This document shows, piece after piece, positions 1-9,563 of a stretch of DNA of 64,000 nucleotides. The stretch lies in NCBI GenBank assembly GCA_022897995.1, contig GCA_022897995.1_4763.1; one strand, written 5' to 3'. The translations under genes and the position numbers were made by a program. This DNA comes from a phage. Below the pieces are notes generated by a model. That model was given only the letters and a program-made list of their open reading frames with translations, was not told the DNA's origin and ran no database searches. Numbering within the stretch: position 1 is the stretch's first letter; the number at the start of each line of letters is the position of its first letter.

Positions 1-221
1 TCAAAACTTCCAATATCACTTCCTGCCGTGGTTGCGTCCGGTTTGCGTTCGACTTAGCAGCGAAGCTGGGTATTAAAACCTTTACCGTTGAGAGCGGATC
101 TAACTGGACCACTCTGATTGTTACTGCCGCTTGGATCAATGGCGAGTATGTAGAAAAAGCATACTTTGACATTTTCTATGACTACGAAGAAAAATGCTTT
201 TATGCACTGCAAGACATGTAA
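1..221 (+). CDS. hypothetical protein, 3' end of a gene starting upstream of the window
   Basis: Open frame from window edge to TAA 219-221 (...CRGCVRFAFDLAAKLG...ALQDM); no recognisable motif. Confidence 0.35.
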   Translation, partial: KTSNITSCRGCVRFAFDLAAKLGIKTFTVESGSNWTTLIVTAAWINGEYVEKAYFDIFYDYEEKCFYALQDM

Positions 222-231
222 GGAGGATAAC

Positions 232-540
232 GTGACAACACAAGATATTGTTAATGTTCTTTATATCTGGCCTACTGGTGCAATGATCACCTATCTTATA
301 ATTTGCTTGTATGCCAGATTCGATAAGGACACCAAAGAGGTCGATACTGGAGCATATACCATTTGTTCTATTGTATGGCCTTTAACGTGGGTAGTTGTGA
401 TCATCGCTTACTCATACAAACTTCTTAAATGGCTTGGACTATCGATCTCGGGGAAACCGGAAGCTAAACCGCGCACACATACCGGATTCAGTCCAAAACA
501 GGAAGACGACGGTCGATATAAACCGGAAGAAGATTTTTAA
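232..540 (+). CDS. small membrane protein
   Basis: AGGAGG 221-226 then GTG 232; hydrophobic stretches ITYLIICLY and WPLTWVVVIIAY; start uncertain (track ORF 166-540). Confidence 0.4.
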   Translation: MTTQDIVNVLYIWPTGAMITYLIICLYARFDKDTKEVDTGAYTICSIVWPLTWVVVIIAYSYKLLKWLGLSISGKPEAKPRTHTGFSPKQEDDGRYKPEEDF

Positions 541-546
541 AAACAG

Positions 547-581
547 TTGACATGAAAATGCGGTTATCCTATAATAACCGC
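547..581 (+). promoter_or_regulatory. sigma70-like early promoter with inverted repeat over the -10 (PeSL-type cassette)
   Basis: TTGACA 547-552, 17-nt spacer, TATAAT 570-575; inverted repeat GCGGTTAT/ATAACCGC 560-581. Confidence 0.6.
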
Positions 582-609
582 ATCAAATGAACGATGTGAG
601 GATTATATT

Positions 610-918
610 ATGTTTATCTCTTCTGCTACTCCAGTTAAAGTTTACGGCGAAACTGTGTATCTTCCGGCTGGCTATTGCTATGTTATCGTTGACCGTCACG
701 GTGTAGTGTATGCTTTTAAAGGACGTCCGGTTGAGATTGATTCTGAATATGGTACATGGGGATATAAAGCCGCATACATGGATATTCCTGATTTTGGAGT
801 ACGTTTAGGAAGATTTGATAACTATGTTAAACCATGCTTGATTAAGTATGCATCCTATGGTAAAACTGTTAAACCAAATAGCGTCGGCTGGATTGATGAC
901 GGCGTTAACGTGAAATAA
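610..918 (+). CDS. hypothetical protein
   Basis: ATG 610 after promoter cassette and GAGGATTATATT ribosome-binding context. Confidence 0.5.
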   Translation: MFISSATPVKVYGETVYLPAGYCYVIVDRHGVVYAFKGRPVEIDSEYGTWGYKAAYMDIPDFGVRLGRFDNYVKPCLIKYASYGKTVKPNSVGWIDDGVNVK

Positions 919-932
919 TGTGAGGTGAATTT

Positions 933-1226
933 ATGCTGTCTACTCGTAAAATGGTTGTTGGTGTCGCTGAAAATGCTTTAGAAATTGCTGATGAGGCTTT
1001 GACCGTCGCTTATGTTCGACGTGAAGAACTGCTACTGAAATACGCGGATCTATTGGTTGAACTGAAAGAGATTGCGAAAGCTGGTAAAAGCACGCTAGCA
1101 ACTGCCATTAAACTTTCTGATATTGGAGATGAGATCGTGGAGATCCACACTAAGATTAAAGAAGTAGAAAAATACTCTGAAATGCTGCGACATAATCTTG
1201 ATGAATTTGGGGTAAATCATGGCTAA
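933..1226 (+). CDS. hypothetical protein
   Basis: 97-aa ORF, GAGG upstream, helical composition. Confidence 0.45.
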   Translation: MLSTRKMVVGVAENALEIADEALTVAYVRREELLLKYADLLVELKEIAKAGKSTLATAIKLSDIGDEIVEIHTKIKEVEKYSEMLRHNLDEFGVNHG

Positions 1227-1440
1227 GGGACGATCTGGACGAGTTTTAACGCTGGCTGAACTGAGAGAAAAAGGATTAGATCCCGATTCTGTCGGTATCA
1301 GACCTGTTAATTACATTCTGTTTCTAGAGTGTACACTCTTTACTAATGCTCATCCAGCATTAAATGCACCACACTTTTATAAGTGCAATGACTTTAGCGG
1401 GTATATCGTTCCAGAATATTTCTTAGAATTTGATGATTAG
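1219..1440 (+). CDS. hypothetical protein
   Basis: 73-aa ORF overlapping the stop of the previous ORF. Confidence 0.4.
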   Translation: MAKGRSGRVLTLAELREKGLDPDSVGIRPVNYILFLECTLFTNAHPALNAPHFYKCNDFSGYIVPEYFLEFDD

Positions 1441-1726
1441 TATAAAACACTCACCGACCGGAAAGGGGTCGGTGATCTTTAATGATGATAAACCGTTAAT
1501 CTTGATTCGTAATGGTGACTGGACATTACACGATACCCGTGTTACTATCCATTCACCGCCTAAAGAGATTCAACGGGAATTGGTTAGGATTGCCCTAACC
1601 GACAAGCATAAAGAGGCGGTAGGCTATTCTCTTCTGAAATTGGGTGTTGACTTTCCTTTCGAGTATACGCTAACATTCAGAGAGCAGTCGGTGAAGCTAA
1701 CAGAGATTCTATTCTCTGAGATATGA
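1433..1726 (+). CDS. hypothetical protein
   Basis: ORF in frame of track 1430-1726; start uncertain; an 8-bp perfect hairpin (1452-1474) lies at its 5' end. Confidence 0.35.
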   Translation: MISIKHSPTGKGSVIFNDDKPLILIRNGDWTLHDTRVTIHSPPKEIQRELVRIALTDKHKEAVGYSLLKLGVDFPFEYTLTFREQSVKLTEILFSEI

Positions 1727-1736
1727 GGATTATATA

Positions 1737-2168
1737 ATGGTTTATCCAACTCCTAGTAAGATTTACATTGATGATACCCATTTTATGGTTGATATGATGG
1801 GTATAAAGTTTAGTGGTAATGTTAAAATTGTAGAATGGGAATTACACGGTCAACCTGTAACCGATTATGACCATTATATCCCTTTCGGTGGTGATGATAA
1901 CTTTGTTTCGTTTGACCATGAAGGTTACATGAACTTTGAGCAAGACGATGTACCTTTATATCTGGCAATGATGGATATTCCGACTAAAACAGAATATACA
2001 GAGGGTGATTGCGATTGTTGCGGATACTACAGCGTAACAGATATTAAGCTGCCATCCGGTAAAGAACTTTACAAAGAGGACCATTTCGGAAACTGCAATT
2101 TTCCTTGCGGTTGGCAAGAATTTTTCGAACTGGTAGAGATTGAGCGAACTTATTTGAGGAAGGGATAA
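1737..2168 (+). CDS. hypothetical Cys-rich protein
   Basis: 143-aa ORF with GAGGATTATATA ribosome-binding context; CDCCGY and CNFPCG clusters. Confidence 0.5.
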   Translation: MVYPTPSKIYIDDTHFMVDMMGIKFSGNVKIVEWELHGQPVTDYDHYIPFGGDDNFVSFDHEGYMNFEQDDVPLYLAMMDIPTKTEYTEGDCDCCGYYSVTDIKLPSGKELYKEDHFGNCNFPCGWQEFFELVEIERTYLRKG

Positions 2169-2980
2169 TGAAGAAAGCATTAGGTTTAATTCCCTATACG
2201 GGCAATAAGGAAAAGTTATTGCCTGGTGTTAGTAAGTATTTCCCTAAGCAATATAACCGCTTTGTCGATGCCTTTTGTGGTGGCTTGAGCGTGTCTCTGT
2301 ACGTAGAAGGGGATGTGCTGGCTAATGACTATGATCACCGCTTAATTGATGCTTACAAAGCGATTGACGAGTGTCCTGATCCGGTTTCTACGATCAAGCG
2401 TATTATTGCCGAGAATGGTTTGTCTCGCGAAGATAAAGACGCTTACATGACATTCCGTAAGAAGTATAACGAGAATCCAGATCCGCTATCGCTGTTTGTG
2501 TTGATTCAGCATAGTTTTAGCAACATTAACCGACATAACCGGAAGGGCGAATTTAATGCTAATTTTGGTCGCCGGACTTTTAACGAAAACGCGGTAGAGC
2601 GTGTCCTGAATTTTAAAGAAGAAAACAAAGACGGTCGAATCAATTTTACGTCTGGTCGTTATGACGAGATCGAGATCTTGCCTGGTGATTTCGTTTATTT
2701 GGACCCGCCGTACCTTATCACTTCTGCTGAATATAATAAGTTCTGGAGTGACGAGGAAGAGATTAAATTCTACCAGTGGGTAGAATCTATTATGGCGCGT
2801 GGTTTTCAGTTTGGTATCAGTAATGTCACACATCATAAGGGAAAGGTAAATGATCATCTTCTTGACTTTATCAAGCGGAATGATTTAAACTGCGTCCTGT
2901 TGAATAAGACCTATTGTCTAGATCGTTCAGGTGGCAAGTCTTCTGATACGCAAGAAGTTTATGTAACTAACGTAGATTGA
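2168..2980 (+). CDS. dam: DNA adenine methyltransferase (Dam)
   Basis: FCGGLSV (AdoMet motif I) and DPPY catalytic motif; co-linear with remembered T4 Dam. Confidence 0.85.
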   Translation: MKKALGLIPYTGNKEKLLPGVSKYFPKQYNRFVDAFCGGLSVSLYVEGDVLANDYDHRLIDAYKAIDECPDPVSTIKRIIAENGLSREDKDAYMTFRKKYNENPDPLSLFVLIQHSFSNINRHNRKGEFNANFGRRTFNENAVERVLNFKEENKDGRINFTSGRYDEIEILPGDFVYLDPPYLITSAEYNKFWSDEEEIKFYQWVESIMARGFQFGISNVTHHKGKVNDHLLDFIKRNDLNCVLLNKTYCLDRSGGKSSDTQEVYVTNVD

Positions 2981-2988
2981 GGTATAAC

Positions 2989-3270
2989 ATGGTAGAAATT
3001 TTTGGTTTTGAAGGTTACAACTGTAAGTATTGCCAGAATGCAAAGCGCCTTTGTGAATCGCGTAAGATCCCTTACATCTACATTCCGGTTAATGATGGTG
3101 TTGACGAAAACGGTCGCCCTGTAAAGATTGATTCTATCATTGCCGATATTCAGGATCGCGCAGGGGTAGAAGTTATTGCCACCATGCCGCAGATTTTCTA
3201 TAATGGTGATTATATTGGTGGCTTTGATGAGTTCCGATCCTTTGTAGTCAAAAACAAGATTAATGGTTAA
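2989..3270 (+). CDS. nrdC: phage thioredoxin/glutaredoxin NrdC
   Basis: CKYC redox motif, AKRL, TMPQIF...IGGFD; ATG 2989 after GAGG. Confidence 0.8.
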   Translation: MVEIFGFEGYNCKYCQNAKRLCESRKIPYIYIPVNDGVDENGRPVKIDSIIADIQDRAGVEVIATMPQIFYNGDYIGGFDEFRSFVVKNKING

Positions 3271-3294
3271 ATACCTTCTTTGGAGGGTGAATTT

Positions 3295-3768
3295 ATGTTA
3301 CTGACTGCTAAGAGTGCTAAAGAGTACAAACAAGAACTATTCGAAAAACAGGGGGGCATTTGCCCCCTTTGTCAATTGCCACTTTTTGAGGATATGAGCA
3401 AAAACCATCTTGACCACGACCACGATCTAGATGGGAAAGGGCAAGGCCGCGTAAGGGGATTGCTTCATTCGTGTTGCAACCGCCTAGAAGGATCGTTGAC
3501 CGGAGACTTTAAGCGGTTTGGTGTTGGTGCTTTAGGTGCTGATTTCGTTGTTTGGGCTACAAACTATGTTAATTACATCAAAGGAGACTACACCAACAAT
3601 CATTTACACCCTCAATATGCTGTTGATAAAATAAAACGATTTTCACGCTTGACACGCGCGGAAATGGTCGCTATTATGGACGCAGAAGGTTTCGATTACT
3701 GCGACGCTGATACAAGAGAAGAGATCACGAAGAAGTATAAGAAACAATTTATACAAAGATTAAGATAG
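3295..3768 (+). CDS. 49: recombination endonuclease VII (gp49)
   Basis: 157 aa; CPLC...HLDHDHDL...GLLHSCCN zinc/HNH-like core as in T4 endo VII; GGAGGG upstream. Confidence 0.85.
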   Translation: MLLTAKSAKEYKQELFEKQGGICPLCQLPLFEDMSKNHLDHDHDLDGKGQGRVRGLLHSCCNRLEGSLTGDFKRFGVGALGADFVVWATNYVNYIKGDYTNNHLHPQYAVDKIKRFSRLTRAEMVAIMDAEGFDYCDADTREEITKKYKKQFIQRLR

Positions 3769-3771
3769 TAA

Positions 3772-3807
3772 TTGACAATAAGAAATGGGAGTAGTAAAAT
3801 ACTCCCA
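3772..3807 (+). promoter_or_regulatory. early promoter with GGGAGTA/TACTCCC stem-loop (PeSL)
   Basis: TTGACA 3772-3777, 17-nt spacer, TAAAAT 3795-3800 inside inverted repeat 3787-3807. Confidence 0.6.
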
Positions 3808-3831
3808 TCTAATCAAGAAGGAGAATCAACA

Positions 3832-4104
3832 ATGCGTAAGATGTTTAAAGCTGGTGTTGCCTATGTTTTTAACTCTGAGCAAGCACGTAAAGACTTCTTA
3901 GAGGATGACTACGAAGGATTGAAAGATACCTACGAAGTCATCAAGAATGGATTTACTGTTCTTAAAGTGTCACCTATTGGTTATGTAAGTGAAATCTCGG
4001 TTGATGGGAAAACATATACCGCTAAAGACTTTGATCCGCGTTGGGAATTTATGCTGCTTCCGTGTGACCGCATTCTGTTTCGTGCTGTTCAATTAGTGAA
4101 ATGA
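3832..4104 (+). CDS. paralogue family member (KNGF(K/T)VL domain)
   Basis: Shares VIKNGFTVLKV...DGKTYTAKDF pattern with 4119-5921 ORFs. Confidence 0.5.
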   Translation: MRKMFKAGVAYVFNSEQARKDFLEDDYEGLKDTYEVIKNGFTVLKVSPIGYVSEISVDGKTYTAKDFDPRWEFMLLPCDRILFRAVQLVK

Positions 4105-4118
4105 TAGAGGATTATATT

Positions 4119-4679
4119 ATGGTACAGAAAACGTATAAATTGTATCCGGCTAAGTCTTCAAATGATGCTGTTTTTGAACGAGGTCGTTATTACACTTTCC
4201 GTAATGCTGAGTCCGCAGAGGAATTTGTTAAACGCTATCCACAACATAACAAGTTCCTGTATGGTGTGCTTCACAAGGGCTTTAAAGTTCTGACGGTTAA
4301 TGTTATGGGTAAAGTGTATTTGGTAGAAACTCATGATTATGAGGGCGCGTCAATCATGATTGATGCAAGCGAGCGCAAATACTTTAAACGCATCACTAAA
4401 AAGCAGTTTGAAGAAATGAAACCAGTTAAGAAAGAAGAATCTCTGGAAGATCTGATTAACTTGTTTGGTAAAGTTCGCTCTATCTCCTTTGCGATTGAAG
4501 ATGACATTACCGACAATAAAATCTTTATCAAGAACGCGGAAGACCTGAAAGAGTTCCTTATTGAAAATAGATCTCGGCTGGAAACCTTTCTTGAAAGTGA
4601 AATTATTCGACATGATACCTACGCTAAATTCAGCGCCGAGAAAGTGGAAGAACTGAAAGAGATTAAAAAGTCACTTTAA
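4119..4679 (+). CDS. paralogue family member (GFKVL / ERKYFKRI motifs, helical C-terminus)
   Basis: HKGFKVLTV and SERKYFKRITKKQFEEM match 4743-5921 (KNGFKVLEK, NERKYFKRISKEAYEAM). Confidence 0.55.
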   Translation: MVQKTYKLYPAKSSNDAVFERGRYYTFRNAESAEEFVKRYPQHNKFLYGVLHKGFKVLTVNVMGKVYLVETHDYEGASIMIDASERKYFKRITKKQFEEMKPVKKEESLEDLINLFGKVRSISFAIEDDITDNKIFIKNAEDLKEFLIENRSRLETFLESEIIRHDTYAKFSAEKVEELKEIKKSL

Positions 4680-4682
4680 CGC

Positions 4683-4718
4683 TTGACATGATGAAACGGG
4701 AGTAGTAAGATACTCCCA
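4683..4718 (+). promoter_or_regulatory. early promoter with GGGAGTA/TACTCCC stem-loop (PeSL)
   Basis: TTGACA 4683-4688, 17-nt spacer, TAAGAT 4706-4711; inverted repeat 4698-4718. Confidence 0.6.
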
Positions 4719-4742
4719 TCTAAACAACGAGAGGATTATATT

Positions 4743-5921
4743 ATGGCTAAATTCTTTGAAGGGCATTACTATGCATTCCGTGAAGGCGGTAAAGATGAGT
4801 TTCTAGACTTTTCTCGCTATTCAATTATTCTGACCGATGCTTCGCGCCGTGGTCATATTCGGGTTGCAGAAATTGTCAAAAACGGTTTTAAAGTATTAGA
4901 AAAAGATGACCACGGTCATGTTATTACTATTGAAGCTGGAGATGTAGTTTATTCCGCTAATGATATTGTGGATTATTGGGCTACTATGATTATGCACAAT
5001 GAGCGCAAATACTTTAAACGTATCTCAAAAGAGGCATACGAAGCGATGAACAAGAAAGAGGATGCAATGCCGACTTACTTTGAAAAAGGTAAATGTTATT
5101 CGTTTACCCCGGAAGGTTTGCAAGAATTTAAGCGATTCTGGGGAGATCATGATCCAGAGCACAAAGAAGCCATGAAACTTGTTGATTTTGTCGAATATGG
5201 CTTTTTAGTTGAAGAAGAATTTCACGGATCGGCTACCATGATCACCGCGAAAGGTGAAACTGTTAAGGCGGATCGTTTTTGTGAACAGTGGAATTGCTTG
5301 TTTGACGGTAGCGAATTTGAATACTTCGCAGAAATCACGAATCATCAATTTCGTTCTATGCAAGCAGATGGTCAGCGATTTAAAGTAGGCGAACGCTACA
5401 AGCCAAATCAGCATAATTTGCCTTATTGGTTTAACACTGAAACCGTATCCAGTCATGTTATTGAAATTGTTCAAAAGCTGGAACAGGGATTTAAGGTAAC
5501 TAAAGTAGATTCTTTCGGAAGTGTTGACGCGGTTGAAATTGATGGTGTAGAATATACACCGAAATCTTTCGGGCTTTGCTGGTATCACTTGATCAGCAAT
5601 GATGAACGTTATAACTTTGTTGAACTGCCATCTGAACCGGAAGAAGCACTAGAAGATCATGATCATCTGTCTGAACTGGTTAAACTGTTTGGCGATCTGC
5701 CGGATGGTGTAGGGGTGGCGGTAATGGGTGAAGGTGCTGTTATCCGAAACCTGAAAGACTTTAAAAAGTTCTTGATCGACATGCTGCCTAAACTCGATGA
5801 GAATCTAGATACAGATATTCAGAATCGCAAAGAAATTGTTAAAGAGACTGAAAAAGAGATCGAAGAGATTCGAGCAATTCGCCAGAAGGTGAAAGCAGTA
5901 AAGAAAAAAGTTAGTGCTTGA
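4743..5921 (+). CDS. paralogue family member with internally duplicated domain
   Basis: Two copies of the GFKV..V..DG / ER(K)Y(F) unit (residues ~40-100 and ~240-290) plus coiled-coil tail. Confidence 0.55.
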   Translation: MAKFFEGHYYAFREGGKDEFLDFSRYSIILTDASRRGHIRVAEIVKNGFKVLEKDDHGHVITIEAGDVVYSANDIVDYWATMIMHNERKYFKRISKEAYEAMNKKEDAMPTYFEKGKCYSFTPEGLQEFKRFWGDHDPEHKEAMKLVDFVEYGFLVEEEFHGSATMITAKGETVKADRFCEQWNCLFDGSEFEYFAEITNHQFRSMQADGQRFKVGERYKPNQHNLPYWFNTETVSSHVIEIVQKLEQGFKVTKVDSFGSVDAVEIDGVEYTPKSFGLCWYHLISNDERYNFVELPSEPEEALEDHDHLSELVKLFGDLPDGVGVAVMGEGAVIRNLKDFKKFLIDMLPKLDENLDTDIQNRKEIVKETEKEIEEIRAIRQKVKAVKKKVSA

Positions 5922-5951
5922 CATGCGAAGGGAGTATGCTATAATACTCCC
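5918..5951 (+). promoter_or_regulatory. early promoter with GGGAGTA/TACTCCC stem-loop (PeSL)
   Basis: TTGACA 5918-5923, 16-nt spacer, TATAAT 5940-5945 inside the inverted repeat. Confidence 0.6.
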
Positions 5952-5975
5952 ACTTAACAACGAGAGGATTATATT

Positions 5976-6470
5976 ATGTGGGTACAAGATGTTTGGTATA
6001 CTGTAACTAAAGAAAACCTTGACGCATTCAGCGACCAATCTTGCGCTAATAGCTCAATTGCTGATATTCTTGAAGATGTTTTTGGCGGTGTAGATAAAAT
6101 TCGTTTTAAAGTTGTTGTTAATTCTATGGGGTGTGTAAAAGACCTATATACCGATGATAAAGACCTTGATCTTAAACTTCATCTTCGTATTGAGAATGCA
6201 AGTCTAGGTTATTGGTTTGAAGATAACGAATATGAATACTTCACCCCAGCAATTAAAGTTTTTGCAACTAAACTGGAAGCTGTACTGAATCTACGACCAA
6301 TTAATGTTGACGGTTACATTATCAAAAATATTCAGGAGTGGGATTCATATCTAGATCAGATTATCCGAAATAGTAAGCAGGAAGCCGCTAATAAGAAGCG
6401 ACAAGAGATCAAACAACTGAAAGCTGAACTGGAAGCGGCGGAAAAAGAATTAGCAGAACTGGTAAAATAA
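5976..6470 (+). CDS. hypothetical protein with C-terminal coiled coil (possible family member)
   Basis: 164-aa ORF after promoter cassette; KIRFKVVV...EYEYF resembles the family pattern weakly. Confidence 0.45.
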   Translation: MWVQDVWYTVTKENLDAFSDQSCANSSIADILEDVFGGVDKIRFKVVVNSMGCVKDLYTDDKDLDLKLHLRIENASLGYWFEDNEYEYFTPAIKVFATKLEAVLNLRPINVDGYIIKNIQEWDSYLDQIIRNSKQEAANKKRQEIKQLKAELEAAEKELAELVK

Positions 6471-6480
6471 CTATCAACGA

Positions 6481-6501
6481 GCGGGAGAAATCCCGCTTTT
6501 T
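6481..6501 (+). terminator. stem-loop with U-tract (intrinsic terminator-like)
   Basis: GCGGGA-GAAA-TCCCGC followed by TTTTT. Confidence 0.5.
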
Positions 6502-6514
6502 CATAGGTGATACA

Positions 6515-8377
6515 ATGGAAAAACTAATCAAAGACATTACAGAGATCGCAACGGGTAAAGAAAACGAAGTAAGCAAAGAGAACGCGAACAAAGACGCGCG
6601 AACATTCCCGACACGTCGAGATCTGATTGCTGGTGCTGTGTCTAAACAGATTGCTAAAACCGTGTTACCTGAGCACATCTATAAAGCGCATGTAGACGGT
6701 GACATTCATTATCATGATATGGATTATGCACCCGCTATGCCGTTTACTAACTGCTGTCTTGTTAATCTCAAAGACATGTTAGAGAATGGTTTTAAATTGG
6801 GTAGTGCACAAATCGAAAGTCCGAAATCAATCGGCGTTGCTTGTGCTGTAACCGCTCAAATTATCGCACAGGTGGCAAGTCATCAATATGGCGGGACCAC
6901 AATTGCAAACATCGATCAGGTGTTAGCACCGTATGTTGAGAAAACATATCATAAACACCTTGCCGATGCCGAAACCTACGGAATCAAAGCTGATACTCTC
7001 TATGCACAAGAGAAGACAGAAAAAGAAACGCTAGACGGATATCAGGCGTTGGAATATGAGATCAACACTTTGTTCTCTACCAATGGTCAAACGCCTTTTG
7101 TGACTTTAACATTTGGTATGGGTACTAGCTGGGAAGAAAAACTGATTCAGAAAGCGATCCTGAACGTTCGAACTAAAGGTTTAGGTAAAGATGGTATCAC
7201 TCCGGTGTTTCCTAAGCTGGTGATGTTCTTAGAAGAAGGATTAAACCTTAAACCGGAAGATCCGAACTACGACATTAAGCAACTTGCATTGGAATGTTCT
7301 AGTAAGCGTCTTTACCCTGATTATATCTCTGCGAAGAATAACCGTAGTATCACTGGATCTAGTGTTCCGGTTAGCCCGATGGGTTGTCGTAGCTTCCTGG
7401 GTGTGTGGCATAATGAGAAAGGCGAAGAAGTATTAGACGGACGTAATAACTTGGGTGTTGTGACTCTGAATCTTCCGCGTATTGCTCTTATTGCCGCGCG
7501 TCGTGCTGGTAAAGCGTCTGTAATGCGCAGAATTGAGCTATTCGAACAAGAGCTAGCTAATCGTATGCCTATTTGTTTTGATGCTCTCATGAGTCGCGTA
7601 GACGCTTTAAAAGGAGCTAAAGCCAATGTTGCTCCTGTACTGTATACCGAAGGTGCATTTTTCCGTATTCATCAAAACGATGAAATTTTGGAAGTGCTGA
7701 AAGATGGTCGCGCTAGTATCTCTCTTGGTTATATTGGTTTACATGAGGTATTGAGCGTCCTGTTTGGTGTTCATCCGTTTGATTCGGAAGATGCGCAGCG
7801 ATACGGTAAACATATTCTTAAGATCTTGCGTCATTATACTGAAAAATGGAAGGACGAAACCGGACTTGGGTTTAGTCTTTACGGTACGCCAGCCGAGAGC
7901 CTTTGCTATCGATTTAATCGACTGGACCGAGAGCAATTTGGTATTGTTAAGGGTGCTACCGATAAAGACTGGTACACCAACTCATTTCACCTTGACGTAG
8001 ACCGGAAGGTTACACCGTTTGAGAAAATCGACTTTGAGAAAGATTATCACTGGCTGGCGTCCGGTGGCATGATCTCTTATGTTGAGTTCCCGGACATGAA
8101 AAACAACCTGAAAGGTCTTGAAACTGTAGTAGACTATGCAATGGATAAATTGCACTACTTCGGTGTTAATACCCCTTCTGATGTGTGTCATGTATGCGGA
8201 TCTACTAAGGAAATGAGAGCGACCGAGTTTGGTTTTGTTTGTCCTGATTGCGGCAATGATAATCTGGAAAAAATGAATGTTATCCGTCGCGTTAGTGGAT
8301 ATCTTGGATCTGTTGATCTGCGTCCATTCAACCACGGGAAACATTCCGAGATGGTAAACCGCGTTAAGCACATGTAA
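6515..8377 (+). CDS. nrdD: anaerobic ribonucleoside-triphosphate reductase NrdD
   Basis: 620 aa; class III RNR with C-terminal glycyl-radical RVSGYLG and Cys-rich zinc site; uninterrupted. Confidence 0.95.
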   Translation: MEKLIKDITEIATGKENEVSKENANKDARTFPTRRDLIAGAVSKQIAKTVLPEHIYKAHVDGDIHYHDMDYAPAMPFTNCCLVNLKDMLENGFKLGSAQIESPKSIGVACAVTAQIIAQVASHQYGGTTIANIDQVLAPYVEKTYHKHLADAETYGIKADTLYAQEKTEKETLDGYQALEYEINTLFSTNGQTPFVTLTFGMGTSWEEKLIQKAILNVRTKGLGKDGITPVFPKLVMFLEEGLNLKPEDPNYDIKQLALECSSKRLYPDYISAKNNRSITGSSVPVSPMGCRSFLGVWHNEKGEEVLDGRNNLGVVTLNLPRIALIAARRAGKASVMRRIELFEQELANRMPICFDALMSRVDALKGAKANVAPVLYTEGAFFRIHQNDEILEVLKDGRASISLGYIGLHEVLSVLFGVHPFDSEDAQRYGKHILKILRHYTEKWKDETGLGFSLYGTPAESLCYRFNRLDREQFGIVKGATDKDWYTNSFHLDVDRKVTPFEKIDFEKDYHWLASGGMISYVEFPDMKNNLKGLETVVDYAMDKLHYFGVNTPSDVCHVCGSTKEMRATEFGFVCPDCGNDNLEKMNVIRRVSGYLGSVDLRPFNHGKHSEMVNRVKHM

Positions 8378-8382
8378 TTTTC

Positions 8383-8415
8383 AGCCGATCCGAAAGGGTC
8401 GGCTTTTTCGTTTTT
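8383..8415 (+). terminator. intrinsic terminator
   Basis: AGCCGATCC-GAAAG-GGTCGGCT hairpin followed by TTTTTCGTTTTT. Confidence 0.7.
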
Positions 8416-8420
8416 AGGTG

Positions 8421-8448
8421 TTGACAACCTGATTAGCTCATGTATAAT
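8421..8448 (+). promoter_or_regulatory. sigma70-like early promoter
   Basis: TTGACA 8421-8426, 16-nt spacer with TG, TATAAT 8443-8448. Confidence 0.6.
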
Positions 8449-8479
8449 GCTCACATTGAAACAACGAGAGGATAACATT

Positions 8480-9016
8480 ATGTTTTGTGTATTGAATAAA
8501 GAAATTAAAATTCGTAAACTGGAAATTGGTGATGGTGTCGTTGTTAAAATGCACGCCAGCACACTGGCTAGCTTTGGTACAAAAGAAAGTTTCTTTATTA
8601 TGGGAACGGTTGTTAATATCTGCTGGAGTAAAGGCGAAGGCACACAAATCCGTAGCTTTTGTGTCGTTGACGAAGATAATAACCTGTATGTGATTCGCTA
8701 TCAGAATCAATCTGTGTTGGTTTATACCGACAATTCACGAGAACTGTATACGCTGGACTTTGCTAAACTGTGTGATTGTGATAAAAAGATTCAGGCGTAC
8801 CACACAGAAGGCTGTTTTGGTGTTGGCGTCGAAGAGGAAGAGTACATCCCATTGGAAGTTGGGACAGAAATTAAACATAGTGCCACGGATCGTATTTTTA
8901 CGGTTGTCGCTGTTAATGCAACTCAATTTGTAGCACAAGCGCATAATACGGGATTCGTTATCTATGACATTGGTAATGCAAGTTCTCATTTTGATGGCGT
9001 ACAATTTCGTTTATAA
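8480..9016 (+). CDS. hypothetical protein
   Basis: ATG 8480 after GAGAGGATAACATT ribosome-binding context. Confidence 0.5.
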   Translation: MFCVLNKEIKIRKLEIGDGVVVKMHASTLASFGTKESFFIMGTVVNICWSKGEGTQIRSFCVVDEDNNLYVIRYQNQSVLVYTDNSRELYTLDFAKLCDCDKKIQAYHTEGCFGVGVEEEEYIPLEVGTEIKHSATDRIFTVVAVNATQFVAQAHNTGFVIYDIGNASSHFDGVQFRL

Positions 9017-9028
9017 TGTGAGGTGATT

Positions 9029-9559
9029 ATGTCTAAGTTATTGAATCGTAAGCGTAAAGCACAACGACACAAAGAACGATCTAAAAAGATTGCTATTGAA
9101 CTGGTTGAGCGTGAGGATAGCTATTTGTCTACTGGTCGTTTGTATACATTCCATGCATTAATTGATGACAAGCCAGTATTGCATAATCATGATTGCTTGG
9201 CACTGTTTCACGAGATCGAACCAATCCATCGTGAATGGGATGACAACAAAGCAAAAGGCCAATATTTCCTTACTTGTTCGTGTGGCCATGCTGGATGTGC
9301 TGGATATTGGGAACCTGTTACTATCCGTGAGAAAAATGATACTATTCAATGGGTCGCCCGTGCCCGCGATGGTTATGATAAAGGGGTTGATGGTACTGGT
9401 GATAACGTAGTTTACTTTAATCGTGATTGGTATTATATGGCGCGATGTATGATCCTGTTTTATCTTGACTCGATGCCGTATGAATATTTCAGTTTCCAGA
9501 ATGGGACCGAACTTACTGGCAGAGAATGGTCTGAATACATTCGAAAAAATTTAAAATAA
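9029..9559 (+). CDS. hypothetical protein
   Basis: 177-aa ORF, GTGAGGTGA upstream; basic N-terminus, Cys/His cluster CSCGHAGCAGY. Confidence 0.5.
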   Translation: MSKLLNRKRKAQRHKERSKKIAIELVEREDSYLSTGRLYTFHALIDDKPVLHNHDCLALFHEIEPIHREWDDNKAKGQYFLTCSCGHAGCAGYWEPVTIREKNDTIQWVARARDGYDKGVDGTGDNVVYFNRDWYYMARCMILFYLDSMPYEYFSFQNGTELTGREWSEYIRKNLK

Positions 9560-9563
9560 ACGC

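Noticed and set aside
2486-2857. Antisense ORFs inside + strand genes (e.g. 2486-2857, 7321-7626, 8188-8643, 14700-15212, 31542-31898)
   Set aside because: They lie entirely within well-supported genes on the opposite strand, lack ribosome-binding sites and have no recognisable motifs; treated as frame shadows.
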